Notes: generated by a model from the sequence alone, not told the origin. A stretch of 64,000 nucleotides of DNA from Phoronis australis (GCA_002633005.1 NMRA01000357.1:324341-388340); one strand, 5' to 3'. Shown: positions 38,701-51,842, numbered from the stretch's first letter. Numbers and translations: made by a program.

Positions 38701-40735
38701 GTCTTCAGGGCTTTAAAATACAAAGTTCATTCTGGTTTGTTTTCGGAACGTGCAAGTTTAATGTTAGTCTTATTTGTAAATGAGCTCCATAGATGACGTC
38801 ATAAAGTGTGGACGTGTTTAAGGATGGTTGCTTATATTTCAGTTACAGCAATGAACACGAAAAGTCGCACTGTGATAATTATTCATTTGGCTACATGTGC
38901 ATGTATATGCTATTCCAATGTGATTGAGGTGCAGATGTTTTGTTATGAAATACCGTGTGTATTTGTACACTGCATTAGTTAATGCATATAGATGTACACG
39001 TACAATGTAATTTGTTCATCATAAGTATAACTTTTACTGTCGATCATCATCCTCTTCGACAATGTGAAAAACATAAACACGCTTTACGGTGAAAAACAAG
39101 TTTATTTGGAAGAGAAAAAGGAATTCAGCTGCTATGAATTCCGATATGATTAAATGTATTTTTGCAAAGTAGGTGACAGCTGGAAATCGTTGATTTGAGC
39201 GTGATACTCTCGAGACTGGAGTTACACCAATCACGACACGATATCTGCTGACAACCCTACAGAGTTGCAACTTTTCTTTTCATTCTAAGCCCTGTTTAAC
39301 TGCAAGTTAGAAAAAAATCCACGAGATCGGTGATTTTAAATGATGTTAATAGACAAAAGAAACAAAAATCCTGGCATGCTATAGTTCACCATGAAGATTA
39401 ATAAGATAGGCTTTCATTTGTTGATCGTCTGCTCTGGGTCGACGGATGTTTACGGTGTTATCTGTTGATTTTCACCAGAGAGCCTACTTGACCTGAGCCA
39501 GTGTTACCAGAAGAGCATCCTGCCACGCCCGGCTGAAGCAGCGACAACAGTGACCCTTTCTTGACTGAGATTTACCTCCTCAGTAGGACAAGTCCGTGAA
39601 TCAGGAGTGCGGTTCGCTGATGCAAGTGATAAGTTTGCTTTGCAGCAAAAAACTTCCCTTTTGGACTAGAAACAATGACTTAAAACTCACAATTGAGGAA
39701 ATATATCCAATAATTCAACATCGTAGCCAAATATTCCAGTGGCGACCATGTTTCTAGGATACACTAGTAAAGTCACCTCCTCTCGCGTGATTTGTGTGCT
39801 ACCGCTTGGTCTCATTTATCTCGCAAAAAATTATAAGACGGAAAGGTAAACAGTTTTAAGGCAAAACGCAATTCACGGTTGTTACCAAAAGTGTGACGCC
39901 ATGTTTCCCAATAATAAAATGGGTTTTAATTATGCAGGTTTATGGTAAAACGGGAGATGGTTTGACATCTGCGGCGACATTGAACGGGTATTTACCACGT
40001 TCACGTCAACATGTACTAGGTTTATATAGGAGGTGAAAACGTTTTTGTGGCTAAACTCCTGCGAGCATTTATATCACTGGCGTTTTTGTGTTAGTTAAAG
40101 TGATAGGAAAATCTTCATCGCTTTGGCAAGCATGTGAACGGAATATTAGAATTGACCAATAGGGAAGTCGACATTTTGCTTCAACTAAAAGCGCAGAAAC
40201 GTGCCGTCGACTGCACCATTGGCAGGTGTCACCCAAGCGTAAATCTCGTGTGATTGAAAAGGTAACAATGTGTACAACTGACTAGACGGACGGTGCAAGC
40301 CATAAAAAGTATGCGTACCTTCTGGTGTAACCAGAACTGGAAATTCGCAAAGCTGGGAAATAGACCGCTGACCTTGTAGGGTCATTCCCTTAGGAAGAAC
40401 CACTCAAGACACGAGATACTTGTTTAGGCAATGACAAAAACACTTGACACTTTCGTCAGAACAAGTCTGCTAAGTGCCCGTCTTCATTCGGCTGCTCATA
40501 GCTGCAGTCGAGGTCATAATTTGAACTTGTTGTGCTGACCGTGTGCTCTTACAGTATGTTCAAACGTTGGTTACTTCTGCACAGTATGCGTTAGACCCCG
40601 TCTACAGGGCGTGTCACAGCCAGCCGATCCTCTTCCGGGATAAAAGTGCATCTACTTGATTTGACGCTATTGACCATTACGTCAAGTCCAATGGTGACAC
40701 TTGAACCACTAGAAACAATTACTGCATTTTGCGTG

Positions 40736-40743
40736 TATAAAAG
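40736..40743 (+). promoter_or_regulatory. TATA box of the lipocalin-fusion gene
   Basis: TATAAAAG ~75 nt upstream of the ATG. The paralog has a similarly placed TATA. Confidence 0.5.
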
Positions 40744-40812
40744 CGAAAGACGGTTTAGTTTACCTTCATCAATTCTTTCACGGAGCACGATTAGCAATCA
40801 GAATAGCCCACC

Positions 40813-40938
40813 ATGGAGCTAAACTTGGTCGCATTAGTGGTGCTCGTTATATCACTTGACTTGGTCATAGCTAAGCCAGTACAAGAATCCTGCTCTTTCG
40901 ACCAGGCTGGAGTCTTTGTAGCTGTCGACCCTCTAAAG
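40813..40938 (+). CDS. Signal-peptide exon (MELNLVALVVLVISLDLVIAKPVQESCSF...DPLK)
   Basis: CCACCATGG Kozak context, hydrophobic core, AAG|gtaaga donor. Confidence 0.85.
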
Positions 40939-43900
40939 GTAAGACCTACCAGAAGAAGGTTTTTAACACTCCTCATGTATTTTTCAATGCAGCATCACGT
41001 TTGATTCCATTTTCTGAGAAGTGAAATAAGACAAAAATGTGGTCTTACACTCCGCACAGCTACTTTTGAAAAAGTATTAAATCTCCCTTGAGCCAAAGTG
41101 CACAGTCTCTGAGAATATAAACACAACAGCTAGTTAGCTTAGCTAATTTGTATCAATTTTTTCTATACTGTGATGCTCTCATAACTACTTGGATAAAACT
41201 ATTATTCTTCGGGTGTGAAGTGAAAGCGCAATACTAAGAGTCTGTTTTAAAAGTGCTCCTTCCTTTGCATTCATCAATTTAAAACACGTAATGAATTTCG
41301 TCAGTCGAGAAATATTATTGAAATATGCACATTTCGTAACGTCCATCCTCGTTTTTTTGTCTTATTTTGCCATTAAATTTTAAAAGGTTTATTTAAAAAC
41401 TGGAGGAGGTTTCCATCAAAACCTCGTTGCATATTGCGGTAGTTTCCCATGCTGCCATTATGGCGTTTTGTCCATGCCCATCTTGCAGAGTCACGTTTAG
41501 TTTTATCTATTCACGTCATAATAAATGACATTTTTGCAATCCCCCTCTTGTTTTACTTTGCACCATAGCTCATGGCGTACCCCGGGCAAAATCGATTACG
41601 ATAAATTAAATTTTACTTGTTAAATGCATTTATCGTCATTATTTTTACATTTATCTCTTTTTTTTGATATCAACCCTTGGGGTTTATTCTTCATTACTCA
41701 TCTCTATTTATAGCCTCAAGGGCCTACTTTTGAATTCATACATTTCTCTAGGCGACACCTGATTGGTCCCCCATATTTCCTTTGTTCAGTTCAACGTGGT
41801 CTAGCTCATTCAGTAGCCTACCTCGTCGTCTCGGCTAAGCCTCGGGATTTTGACGAAATTTCCAAGATATTTTGCCCATGTGGTAAACCTGAGACTCGTA
41901 CAGGATTCTCTATTTTTCTTATTTTAGTTCTCAGGAAAGTGGTATATTTACCAGCACGGGCATCGTGAAGGAAAATGGGTTAACGCCTACATGACAGTTG
42001 AAGACGCAACCATTAAATTCTATGACTACACAGATGCGATGTAAGTAATTGTTGGCTACAACAACCTGTGACATTTTCGAAGAACTGTGTCATATTCTAC
42101 CTTTACGAAAACATATCTGGGTTATAACAAAATTATCCTTTGTACATTAACTAGGCTTTACTAGAAATTTTCTGTCTCAAAGTATACGAATCTGCTGTGA
42201 GACGCTGTCACTTGAAAATCCGCAATAAGCAAGCCACTTTTAAGATTTCATTGATGAATGTCACTTTAATTAGTCCATACCTTACGATGGCTCAGTGGCT
42301 AGAGCGGAAGGTCCTGGGTTCGAGTCCCTGTCGGGGGCAGAAATCTTTTCGGACTTGTATTCATTAGGTCACACGATGTGACCAAAAAGATGGCATGCTG
42401 ACGGGACAAAATGTTCGCTACTTTTGTCTTGTTCTGTAGTGCGAACAGAGCATGCGTAACTTCCATAGGTAAGGTACTGTTATGACAACTTGTGTTCTAA
42501 GAGAAATTCACATGTAGTCCCCCCCTCCCTCGTCCCTAAAGACTGATTTACGCACGGTTCACACATTATTCATGTTGGTACAGACGAAAGCCATGAGCTT
42601 AGCTCACTTGAATCTGTGACTGGTAGTCACCGGCTTACGTTACAAAAGTTTTATTCTTAACAAATCAAAGAAATACATGACGTAGTCCTATGTTTTTGTA
42701 ACTGCTGACACGAAACTTTTACATTTTAGGAAAGCTTCGGGAACGTTCCACTTTAACAAAGACAATGGATTTTTGTTAACCGTAGAAAACCGCACAAGTA
42801 AGTGGCCAATGGTATGATTTGGTACACGGTTTGGCATCACCAGTAAGGTTACGTGAGCCATCGTGTGTAGACGATGGTCTTTAAATTTATACCACTCTGT
42901 CATTGGTTGGGTCACGTGACCATCCATAGGAATGGAAAGGTATTGATGATACAGTATTGTGAATTCTCAAATACACTGCTACAGCTTTGTGAAACAACAT
43001 TTTCATTTTACTGTTTTGATTTTTGATATCTTCTTGAACAAAAGTTGGACATCCCAACAGATTTTTGAAGATTTGTACATGTGAGCGCTTCATATAAATC
43101 TGATCAGCCATACGCGTTTAAGGGATATGAAGTTGCGAAGTTTTTCGAATTTGGACAGTTTCTTAAGTCCAAACTAGTTGTTGCCAGAAGGTGCCAGCAC
43201 GACTTAAGAAAAGTGCTGGGAAAAACGGGTAACGTTGGCCAAAAACCTGGCTTGGTTACCACGTGGTTCACTGAGTTCTTAATCAGATCGTACAACACCA
43301 AGTTGCACAAGTTGCCTTACCCGTTTCCTCTAGGTCGTTCTGAGAACAGAGGGACCCTAAGCGAGATTAAAACTAAGTGAGTGACAATTAAACTTGGGCC
43401 GGTCTAAGGCGTGACTAAAATGTGTCACGACTACCAGCCTTTTTACAGGGTACAGTTGAAAAAAATATGCATTACGAAACCCTGTTAGAAGATCAGTGTA
43501 TAGTCCAGAGTCTACTGGCATTCTGGTAAATTGCATATCGAGCACGGCTCAAAACCGTGTGTAATAGAAACTGAGGTGGATTGTTTTATTTTTTTATTAA
43601 CAGGTGTCGCTGGCGTGCTTTACTTTGACGCCGACTATCAAGCGTCCGTTTTATATGAGCGACTTAAAGTAGACAATGTCGCAGAGGGCAGAACCTATTT
43701 ACTGACAAGGCAGCCAGAGGTGGACCAGGACACCAAGAAAATGGCGTCTGCCGTCAACAAAGGCGCATCCAAATTGTGCCTAAAAGATCCTCAAGGTGAA
43801 CAATGTGCTGCTAATAGTTTTAAAATTCACTTGTATATTTCCATTAGTGTTTGAAGTGATTCCCCTTTACTTCAAATGCATAAATGTATTAGATTTCGAG

Positions 43901-46900
43901 AATGCCAAATAATCACAAACTGAGAAATTGCGAGACATTTAAAGGTGTACAGTTTGTTTGGATGCCCCTAACTACGCTAATGTGCAGCAGGAATTAACAA
44001 CAATGCTATTTGAACATCATCTACGCAGTTGTATTTATTAACAACTTATAATGTGAAACTAAAAAAATTTGCAAATAGGTAACCTTTGCACTAATGGCGT
44101 ACCTTGGGTGCTCATATAACCTACATCATATGGTGTTATTCCCCAACACCACGCCGCGATACTTACCTTACACGATTGAGAGATTTACGGCGAATCGTTT
44201 GCGACACAAAACTCGTCCTTAAACACATTTTCAGCCTACTTCATATTCACATCTTGGCCTTATGTTGTGTTTTTAACTAATTTGACCAAGCAATCACAGA
44301 TACAAGGAATTGGAGTGCAAGTTGTACTTCAAATATTACAAGTTACACGTTTATACATTGAAGGAAACTAAACTCAAAAACGGCGCCAAGGAAGCATAAA
44401 CACTGCCTCTTTTGATTTAAGACAATTTCGTAATAAATTGTAATCGATGGACCCAAGTTAAGAGCCATCTGCCAGGTTGGGTACAACTGACAATTGCTTA
44501 ACAGTGGCGGATTTAAGGTTGGGGACCAAGGGGGCCATGGCCCGCTCCTAAAATTATCCCAGATTCCATTTGGTTGTTCGAAGGTGCGAATGACTGACGT
44601 TCAAAGTCCTGCCCATGCCCCCAACTCGAAATCCTGGATCCACCCCTGCTTGAGACCGTGTTCAGCAAATAGATCTATTGTTTCGCGTCTCAAGCAATAA
44701 CGAACTGTCGAAACAAGCTGGTTCCGGTTTATAATATCAAGTAGTCTGAATCAGAAATCAATTTCTGTGGCAGAGGATTGGTTTGCTGAACCTTCAAAGA
44801 GACTGGAAAAGCACATGCTATTATTAATCTGGTTTTATGTCGTTCCTTCCTCAGATTAGAGAAGACTGCTGGGTTTGAGGGAGAATCCCTAGTCTTTGTA
44901 GTTTGGGCTCAGACCCAAGATGTTGGCTGGTCGCGGTGAATCTCAGGGAACGTGGTCTTAATCACTAAAACGTTACCCAGATATTCTTCTTCGTCTGAGG
45001 TAGGAAGTAGTTGGGACCGAGTTTACATCGGGAAAGTGAGCATTCGACAAAATGATCACGTATTACTTGATAAAAATGACGAAAAGTGTAGTAAAAATAT
45101 TACATTTGGGTTAATGACATTTTTTGCAGCACAAGCTGTGGAAGCCATTACTAAAGAAGGGAGTGGTGATGTACAGCGCAAAATGGAACATAGTGGAGAC
45201 GTAGGCAGCGGTGAAGAAGACGGCACTCGCGTGGAAGGCAGTGGTTATGCGGAAGGCAGTGGACATGTGGAAGGTAGTGGTGACGTGACGGGTAGCGTTC
45301 AGGTGGATGGAAGTGGTCACGTAGACGGAAGCGGTCGCCTGGAAGGGAGTGGGGAGTCAGGTAAAATCCACCGGTTATGAATCTTTGCATCAAGATTTTG
45401 ACAGAATTTGCCGTTGCTTAGCTGATAGATGCATCCGTTTCAACACGTAATCGGCATAAACACTTCATTACGCAACATAGTTTCATATTTACCTGATTGC
45501 TTTTTAGACAAGTCAGAAGGCTCTGGTGAGCACATTTGTCCCAATGTGATATGTGCTATGCACTGCACCTATGGATTCGAGAAGGATGAACACGGTTGTA
45601 ATATCTGCAAGTGTGTGGCGGAGACATGCGCACTCGTTAGGGATGCTGTCAAAGAAAACGTTAGGAAAAGTTTAGGGGCCGGTTCACCATTGTTGGGAGC
45701 AGAACCTCCGGTCTGCGAGAAGGATGGTAGTTACAGTGCCAAGCAATGCTCGGGCTCCAAGTAAGTCATACATCATGAGACACAATAATCAGTAGGAAAT
45801 CACTATACCACTGCTATCCTCCATAGACGCAGTGACACGTGTATAAGTCATTACCTTAACGTGCAGCTTCTGCCTGAAGCTGCCAATTAGGACACGTGAC
45901 CTGGTCATCACCAACAGTAAATAGGAATTAGCACTTATTCAGTAACGTTCACATAGGCCTTCGGTGTCGATTGTCAAAAATAATAGAGGCTACTTGAGAC
46001 AGCTTCATTTACCATTCTCAAGCACAGACGCTAGGAGTTGCAGTCAGGCTACTTCATATTTAGGCACAAATGTCTGTTTCATGCTAAGCAAATGAAGGCT
46101 GACGTCCCACTCTTACAAACTGCCCATGGTGATGATTGGACTCTACAATTTGTTAAACACGTCTATTTAGTCAATAGTCAAAAGTGTTTACGCTTTATGC
46201 TTTTGACTGCTTCGCTATTCGTGAGGAAATATGGTGGAATTTATTGCGTTTCATCTGTCACTAGCTCTTATTGAGTAGCAGTAAAGTCAAAAGCGACCCC
46301 CCCTCTCTTTGTATCTCTGACAGCTGATCACCGCTATTACACTACAGTAGTATATGGAACGACTCAACGGCCATTATAGCAAAATTAGTGGCAAACAACA
46401 CATACAAGTACATGCCACGTCGAAAACAAAATTCAAGTGATTATTGTTGATCAATAGTGTTTTTGCTCTTTTGATGATAGTAGGCAGATGTCATACTGTA
46501 CGTCGACTTCCAAAGAGTTCTCCCTGATGCTTTTAGCTTTGGTCAAATGGTGAAGTCGTGCGTAGTCACTTGTTTGCTGGACATTTTCTGCCTGGAAATT
46601 GTAGTTGTGCACTGTTAAAGTTTATAGGCATACCGTGAAATGGATCAGCGTGGATTTAAGTGAGATATTTGCTCTTACGCTCGCCCTCCGCAGTTATTCA
46701 ATAAATGTTTTAGACGTGTAATTTTCAGGACATCATGGCCAGAAATTAGTTGTTAGAAATCATCTTACTGTCTACATGTACCACTTATGGTAAATTCTCT
46801 TTGTCATTAAGTAAGATTCAAACATTAGGAATGTAAGACCAAATTTCTGACTTACGTCTTGGGTCTCGTTCCATAAAACAGGGATAAGTAGGTTTTGCCT

Positions 46901-49155
46901 GTTGTGAACGAAGAATCTCATGGCTAATCATAAAACCATCATAGTAAATTCCATTCGTGCAAAAGTTGTGTGAATCGCACTACACCACACAATATTGGCT
47001 GTATACTTGTATCTCTAACGTACACATGTAGGTGATTTTTGATTGTCGTCTATACTGTACAATGTTTGGCGTTGTACTAAATAACGTTTTACTGGTACTG
47101 GTAGTGCAATCGTTTTCCTTGTGAAAAATGCAATAGTACAGTAACTGATTTGATTTGATATTTGAATGAATGTGTATACCTATATGTAAATGTACACGTA
47201 TACATGTACATGTATAAGTGTATGTATACAGTATATACTGTAGCTGTTACATGAAATAACATGTTAAATAAACCAGAGCATCAGGGCACATTGCCGGGTG
47301 TACCAGGTTGGTGATAATCTCTGTCTTGCCTCTTTGTTACATGTAGATGTTACTGCGTCAACTCCAAAGGCAAGATCATCCCAGAGTTCCTGGATATTGA
47401 CAGATGGCACGCTAACTCCCTCACATGCGGTAAGTGGCCTGTCAACACTGGCGATTTCTGGATGCTTAAGACGGGGTAGTAGAATTCACAGCTTTCGAGA
47501 AAAAATTACCACGAAGTCCTGAAATCGGTATAAAACGGAATGCTGGCGGTAACTTTTGTTCATAGGGCGAAATGGTGTTACAACACAAACTATATGGATG
47601 CATGACAAGTGGTAGAATTACCTCATTTGCGAAACAAGGGGTAATTGTTTCTGACATATAAGCAAGTGTTCCGATTTTATGACAAAACGGTCAATGGTAT
47701 AAACTTTGAAAAGATAAGAAGTACCTCTGGCATTAAAAACATTTGCTGAAGAGCGTTGCAGAACCTTCATGAAAGAAGTCACAACCATGTACAGGCGTGC
47801 ATGCATATGCATCTGTTTTTGATCTCTGAACTCCACCGGACTCTAAACACGTACATTTGCCATGGACACAAGTTAACGACAACGCAATTAGAAATATTTT
47901 GCAAAACATGGAGTGATCAAACATCAGCCGCTGTCACCAAAACCTACGCAAATCACACGACAGGGTGGGTGCCGCTGTGTTAGATATGGGCAAACAATCA
48001 AGTGAAGATCAACCGTTTCCCGAGAAAGTATCACAATTTTTCCAAATACTGCTGTCATTGTATTCAAATACGATAGCCTTGCCTAAGTTTATCTCTGCGC
48101 TAGAAAATCACATCGACTGCGTTTCCCGGTCACGACGTTACCAAAATATGAGAAAACAGACTCCAGTCAACCACAGACCATCCTTAGCTGTTAGAATTGA
48201 GTTTTCCGGATTTTAATGTCTGCAATGCAACTCTCTGAGCAAGAATATTACTTTTGGCATCAAAATGACAATTGGCGAACTAATCTCAATACAACCTAGC
48301 AGTTAGCACGGGAGCAACGTAGAATTGTGGGGCAAGTGCGCTATTCAGTGGCGCTCAGCATTGTGGGTAACATAGCAGAATGAGAGTGAGCGCTGGGATA
48401 TTTCGGGTAATAACTGTTGCAGAATACTCAAACGGATTGAGGCGCGGGGCTCAGTTGCCGAATATCTCTCCTGAAAATAGTCTTGTGCCATAAGCCTTCG
48501 TTTACTCTAACTCTCTCTTTTACCGATGTATTTGTACGTATGGTCTCGTGCCTACTACGTTTGTTTCACTGTTGTTCAAGGTTGCGCCAGGGAGTACTTT
48601 ACCCAAACATCTCTCGGCAAAGAAAAACCCAGCGTTCGGTGTGACACGGTTGGCAACTACCATCCGGTGCAATGTTATGACCGTGTTTGTTATTGCGTGG
48701 ACCCGAGCAGTGGCGCTCCAGTCGAAGGCTCGCAAGTACCCCTGGCGGGAAAAGAAAGCTTGGAAGAAAAATGTGCCACTAAAGGTTAGTAAAAGTTTAA
48801 TATGAAAAAAGAAGTAGGAGTGGTACACCTTTATGAATCGTCAGATCAGTGAAACGGAATTCTCATTGAACTTTTGGATTTCGGATTTTCAATGCAATTG
48901 TTTAACATTTGAAGGTTTATTTAAAATTTTGTTATTCACGGCTTCACAAAATACAGTTATATAAAAAACTGAAAAAAATAGTGCTGTTTTATTCAAGGTT
49001 TTAAAAATCTTTCAGATTTGTCCGAAAAGAAGACGGAATCGTCGGAAGCCTCAAAGTCGGAAAAAGAAACAAAGGATCCACAGGTTTTTGATATCGCTGA
49101 GAAAATAGTTAGTGCATCACGTGACGTCGCAAATACTCCTAAATTGTTTAAGTAG
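40813..49155 (+). CDS. Multi-exon gene model: secreted lipocalin / EGSG-repeat / antistasin / 2x thyroglobulin type-1 protein (~469 aa)
   Basis: Phase-compatible exons 40813-40938, 41928-42040, 42730-42797, 43604-43795, 45130-45360, 45508-45760, 47347-47429, 48581-48784, 49016-49155 total 1410 nt (470 codons including the stop). A possible extra 29-nt exon lies at 42440-42468. Confidence 0.82.
41928..42040 (+). CDS. Lipocalin exon with SCR1 (FSGKWYIYQ)
   Basis: GxW motif at the start of the exon. attttag acceptor and gtaagt donor. Confidence 0.8.
42284..42340 (+). mobile_element. tRNA-derived SINE head (internally shortened)
   Basis: A box TGGCTCAGTGG and B box GGTTCGAGTCC. The anticodon arm is missing. 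Confidence 0.55.
42730..42797 (+). CDS. Lipocalin internal exon (KASGTFHFNKDNGFLLTVENRT)
   Basis: ttttag acceptor and gtaagt donor, phase 2-1, compatible with neighbouring exons. Confidence 0.65.
43604..43795 (+). CDS. Lipocalin exon with SCR2/SCR3-like motifs and C-terminal helix
   Basis: VLYFDADYQASVLY (a TDY-like motif) and TYLLTRQPEV (the L-x-R-x-P motif), then a helix and a Cys. Phase 1-1. Confidence 0.8.
44502..44648. mobile_element. GC-rich MITE (CAGTGGCGGATT...ATCCACCCCTG)
   Basis: Imperfect TIR and near-TSD CTTAA/CTTGA. Related ends occur at ~23623, 25325, 53690-54099 and 61167-61460. Confidence 0.7.
45130..45360 (+). CDS. Acidic Ser-Gly repeat exon (candidate glycosaminoglycan attachment region)
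   Basis: Nine SG dipeptides, mostly (E/D)GSG, with an 18-bp/6-aa tandem unit. tttttgcag acceptor and gtaaaa donor, phase 1-1. Confidence 0.85.
45508..45760 (+). CDS. Antistasin domain plus N-half of thyroglobulin type-1 domain 1
   Basis: CPNVICAMHCTYGFEKDEHGCNICKC matches the antistasin pattern. It is followed by TC...PVCEKDGSYSAKQCSGS. Confidence 0.9.
47347..47429 (+). CDS. C-half of thyroglobulin type-1 domain 1 (CYCVNSKG...C)
   Basis: CWCV-type motif CYCV. Phase 2-1, gtaagt donor. Confidence 0.85.
48581..48784 (+). CDS. Thyroglobulin type-1 domain 2 exon
   Basis: CAR...VRCDTVGNYHPVQCYDRVCYCVDPSSGAPVEGS...C. Phase 1-1. Confidence 0.9.
49016..49155 (+). CDS. Terminal exon, charged low-complexity tail (DLSEKKTESS...PKLFK*)
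   Basis: tctttcag acceptor, open to TAG at 49153-49155. AATAAA signals downstream (~49595, ~50510). Confidence 0.7.
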
Positions 49156-51771
49156 TGAACAAAATGTGTTTCGACGTGTGTATGTTAAGGTTTTACCAAG
49201 ATCTGATCATCTCCCTGTATTTTCGAAATTTCCTACTGCTTCACTCCTATTAAAGCATCACTCCTGTGATATGCTTATTCAGATATCGAAAGGAAATTTG
49301 GAACACTGTTTTAGAATGTTCATCTAAAATTGGTTATTTCAACCTCAGTTGTTACTTCACCACTAGCATATCTTCGCTGCCATGAAATGGCGACATTTGT
49401 CCAACAGCCATAATGAATAGTTTGAACCGCTTTATTAAAGTCCGGTCACACCTGTATATGTAGCTATGACGGTCTTAAGCGCATTATCGCAAAAACCTGA
49501 ATCTGCGTGTATTTAGAGACCGAAAACGTTGCATCTTACGAAAAGCTGTGATTACGTTTCGTACGGTCTTCTACCTTCTTGAGCTTCGTCAATGAATAAA
49601 AGTCGACGTTATGACCGTCCCAAGGTTGACGACGTTTGAAAAAGCGGGCCCCACGAGCTAATACATTAAGCGGTTCGACTGCTATGAGTTTCCAAATTTG
49701 CTTCAAAGCTTGTTGGATTGATGACGCTTGCCTTACACAGAGTTATTTTCTTTCAAAGAATCAAACATTTATGTGGTAATGAAAATCTAAAGAGGCTAAA
49801 CGTGTGTTTTAGTTTACTTTTAAAGATATTACTTAACTTGCGCACTTTATTTCATTTTGCAAAATGCAAAGAAATTAGAACCGAACAGGTTGCACGACTG
49901 CATTTTGTTTGCATTGTACAGGTATGTATTTGTCGTTACTTCTTAAACAGTTGAACAGTCAAAACAGTAACCGAATTCATATCATAGAGGCTACTTAGAA
50001 TATACAGGGCACTTGACGAATCGTGTTTTCTATAATTTAATCCCATATTTCGGTCTTAGCTGCTGGGAATTAGGCGTAAATTTTGCTCACATTTCTACAT
50101 GGTTTGTCTGACTTTGTTCTTCCTACATGTAGTTTGCTCGCATCTTTCACGGTTTTTGCCGAAACCTGTGTTAATATGAAAGCATTTTTTCTTCTAAAAC
50201 TGTCATCAAATGCATTCTGTGGATCAAGACGTCCTGGTTCACCCCACAGTCGTCCACAAACTCACCGGAGGTGCGAGCTGGTTGATCATATTTTGTAATG
50301 AGTTGTTGAACTTGAATCGTTTTTAGGATTGCCGAGGAGGCTTACTTTAAATGATGAGTCAGTGTTATTATCCGATATTCGTCAAACTTCAGGTTCAGTA
50401 TACTTTTAAACATATTAAAACAACTTGTCCTTTTTAATTGATTTTTTGCATGTAAGTTTTTTTTTTGTTAAATTATTTCAAGCTCTTCTTAGAACTGATA
50501 TTGGATGACAATAAATGAATTTACTTGGAGAGATATATTTATTTTCTTCTGAACAGTACACATCCAGATCCGTAAACCCAATGAACAGCATCATTTATTA
50601 CGATCAACATTATCGCGTACATTCCGCACGCCTAACATACCAAAAAACAAACTCCTCGTTTTGTTGAAACACTTTTTGACAGGTTTCTAAGTGACAAAAC
50701 AAAAACGTCTAACGTGAGACAGAAAAAATAGAAATGTTACTTTGGATAAATTCATAAGGCATAGAATATTACCTGCCTCATATTGTCCAGATATTGATGA
50801 GCGTCGCCGCATACCTGAACTGCGTGTCTCTTGCATGTGCTTAAAATTAAATCCGTAAGGTGTGTAAAGGCCCGAAGGTTCGACCTTCTCTGAGAGTACA
50901 CCAGATCAAAGGAGTTCAATGCAGTCGTGTATACGACGTTAGAACCGCTATCCTATAGCCAGTTTCACATGCTGTGTTAACTACTGCAGACCGTAACCAA
51001 ATACGTGTTCGCTGCTGTACGTGATACGATACTGTAATTTGTTCTTTAGTCTTTTCATTTTATATATCAATATTTTGTCAACCTTACGTTGTCAATAAAA
51101 ATACTACCTCATGCTACAGTACCTACCGCGTCCATGAAGGTGAGTCTTCACGCATCACACCCCTCATACTCCTATACTGTTGGCTACTGCATCAAACTGG
51201 CGTCCACACTCACAAAAACCATACATTGACCTCCAAACACGCTGCCAGACTGATAACTACAGCTTATATTCTAAAAAATTGGTCTCGGATTCATGATCGG
51301 CGGTGCTCGGTCTCCTTGTCTTTTACCAAACTGGGAGGTCACCGTACTGCACTGGTGTTTGTAATCCGAGGAGTTCTGCTTTGAAGGTGGAAACCGTGTA
51401 TGTTTTTGGGAGCCGGAAGGTACAGTGTATCGTGTTTAGAAGTCAATGAGCAGCGACTGGGTTTGTCAACGGGCCTGTTTCTATTAGTGAGGAATTACGA
51501 GAGTTCTTGCTGTGTCGTTTGGGTAGCCTGAATTACTACAGAAAGAGGGAAGGGTGACAGTAATGAACAACCCGTATAGTAATGAACTCACCTACAAACA
51601 AGATACAAGCTATAGACTGAGAAACAGTCATCGCACTCTAACATACCTATAGAACGCAAAATCACTTGTCAAACATGTATAGAATAGGGAATAACGTATA
51701 AAATAAATCTGAAACTGAAAGAGGCGATCCAGATCCTCGAAAGGATAGTATTATTTGACGAAATGCAGAAT

Positions 51772-51778
<7 letters not shown>

Positions 51779-51840
<62 letters not shown>
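51779..51840. repeat. (TA)n microsatellite
   Basis: About 31 TA units. Confidence 0.95.
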
Positions 51841-51842
<2 letters not shown>

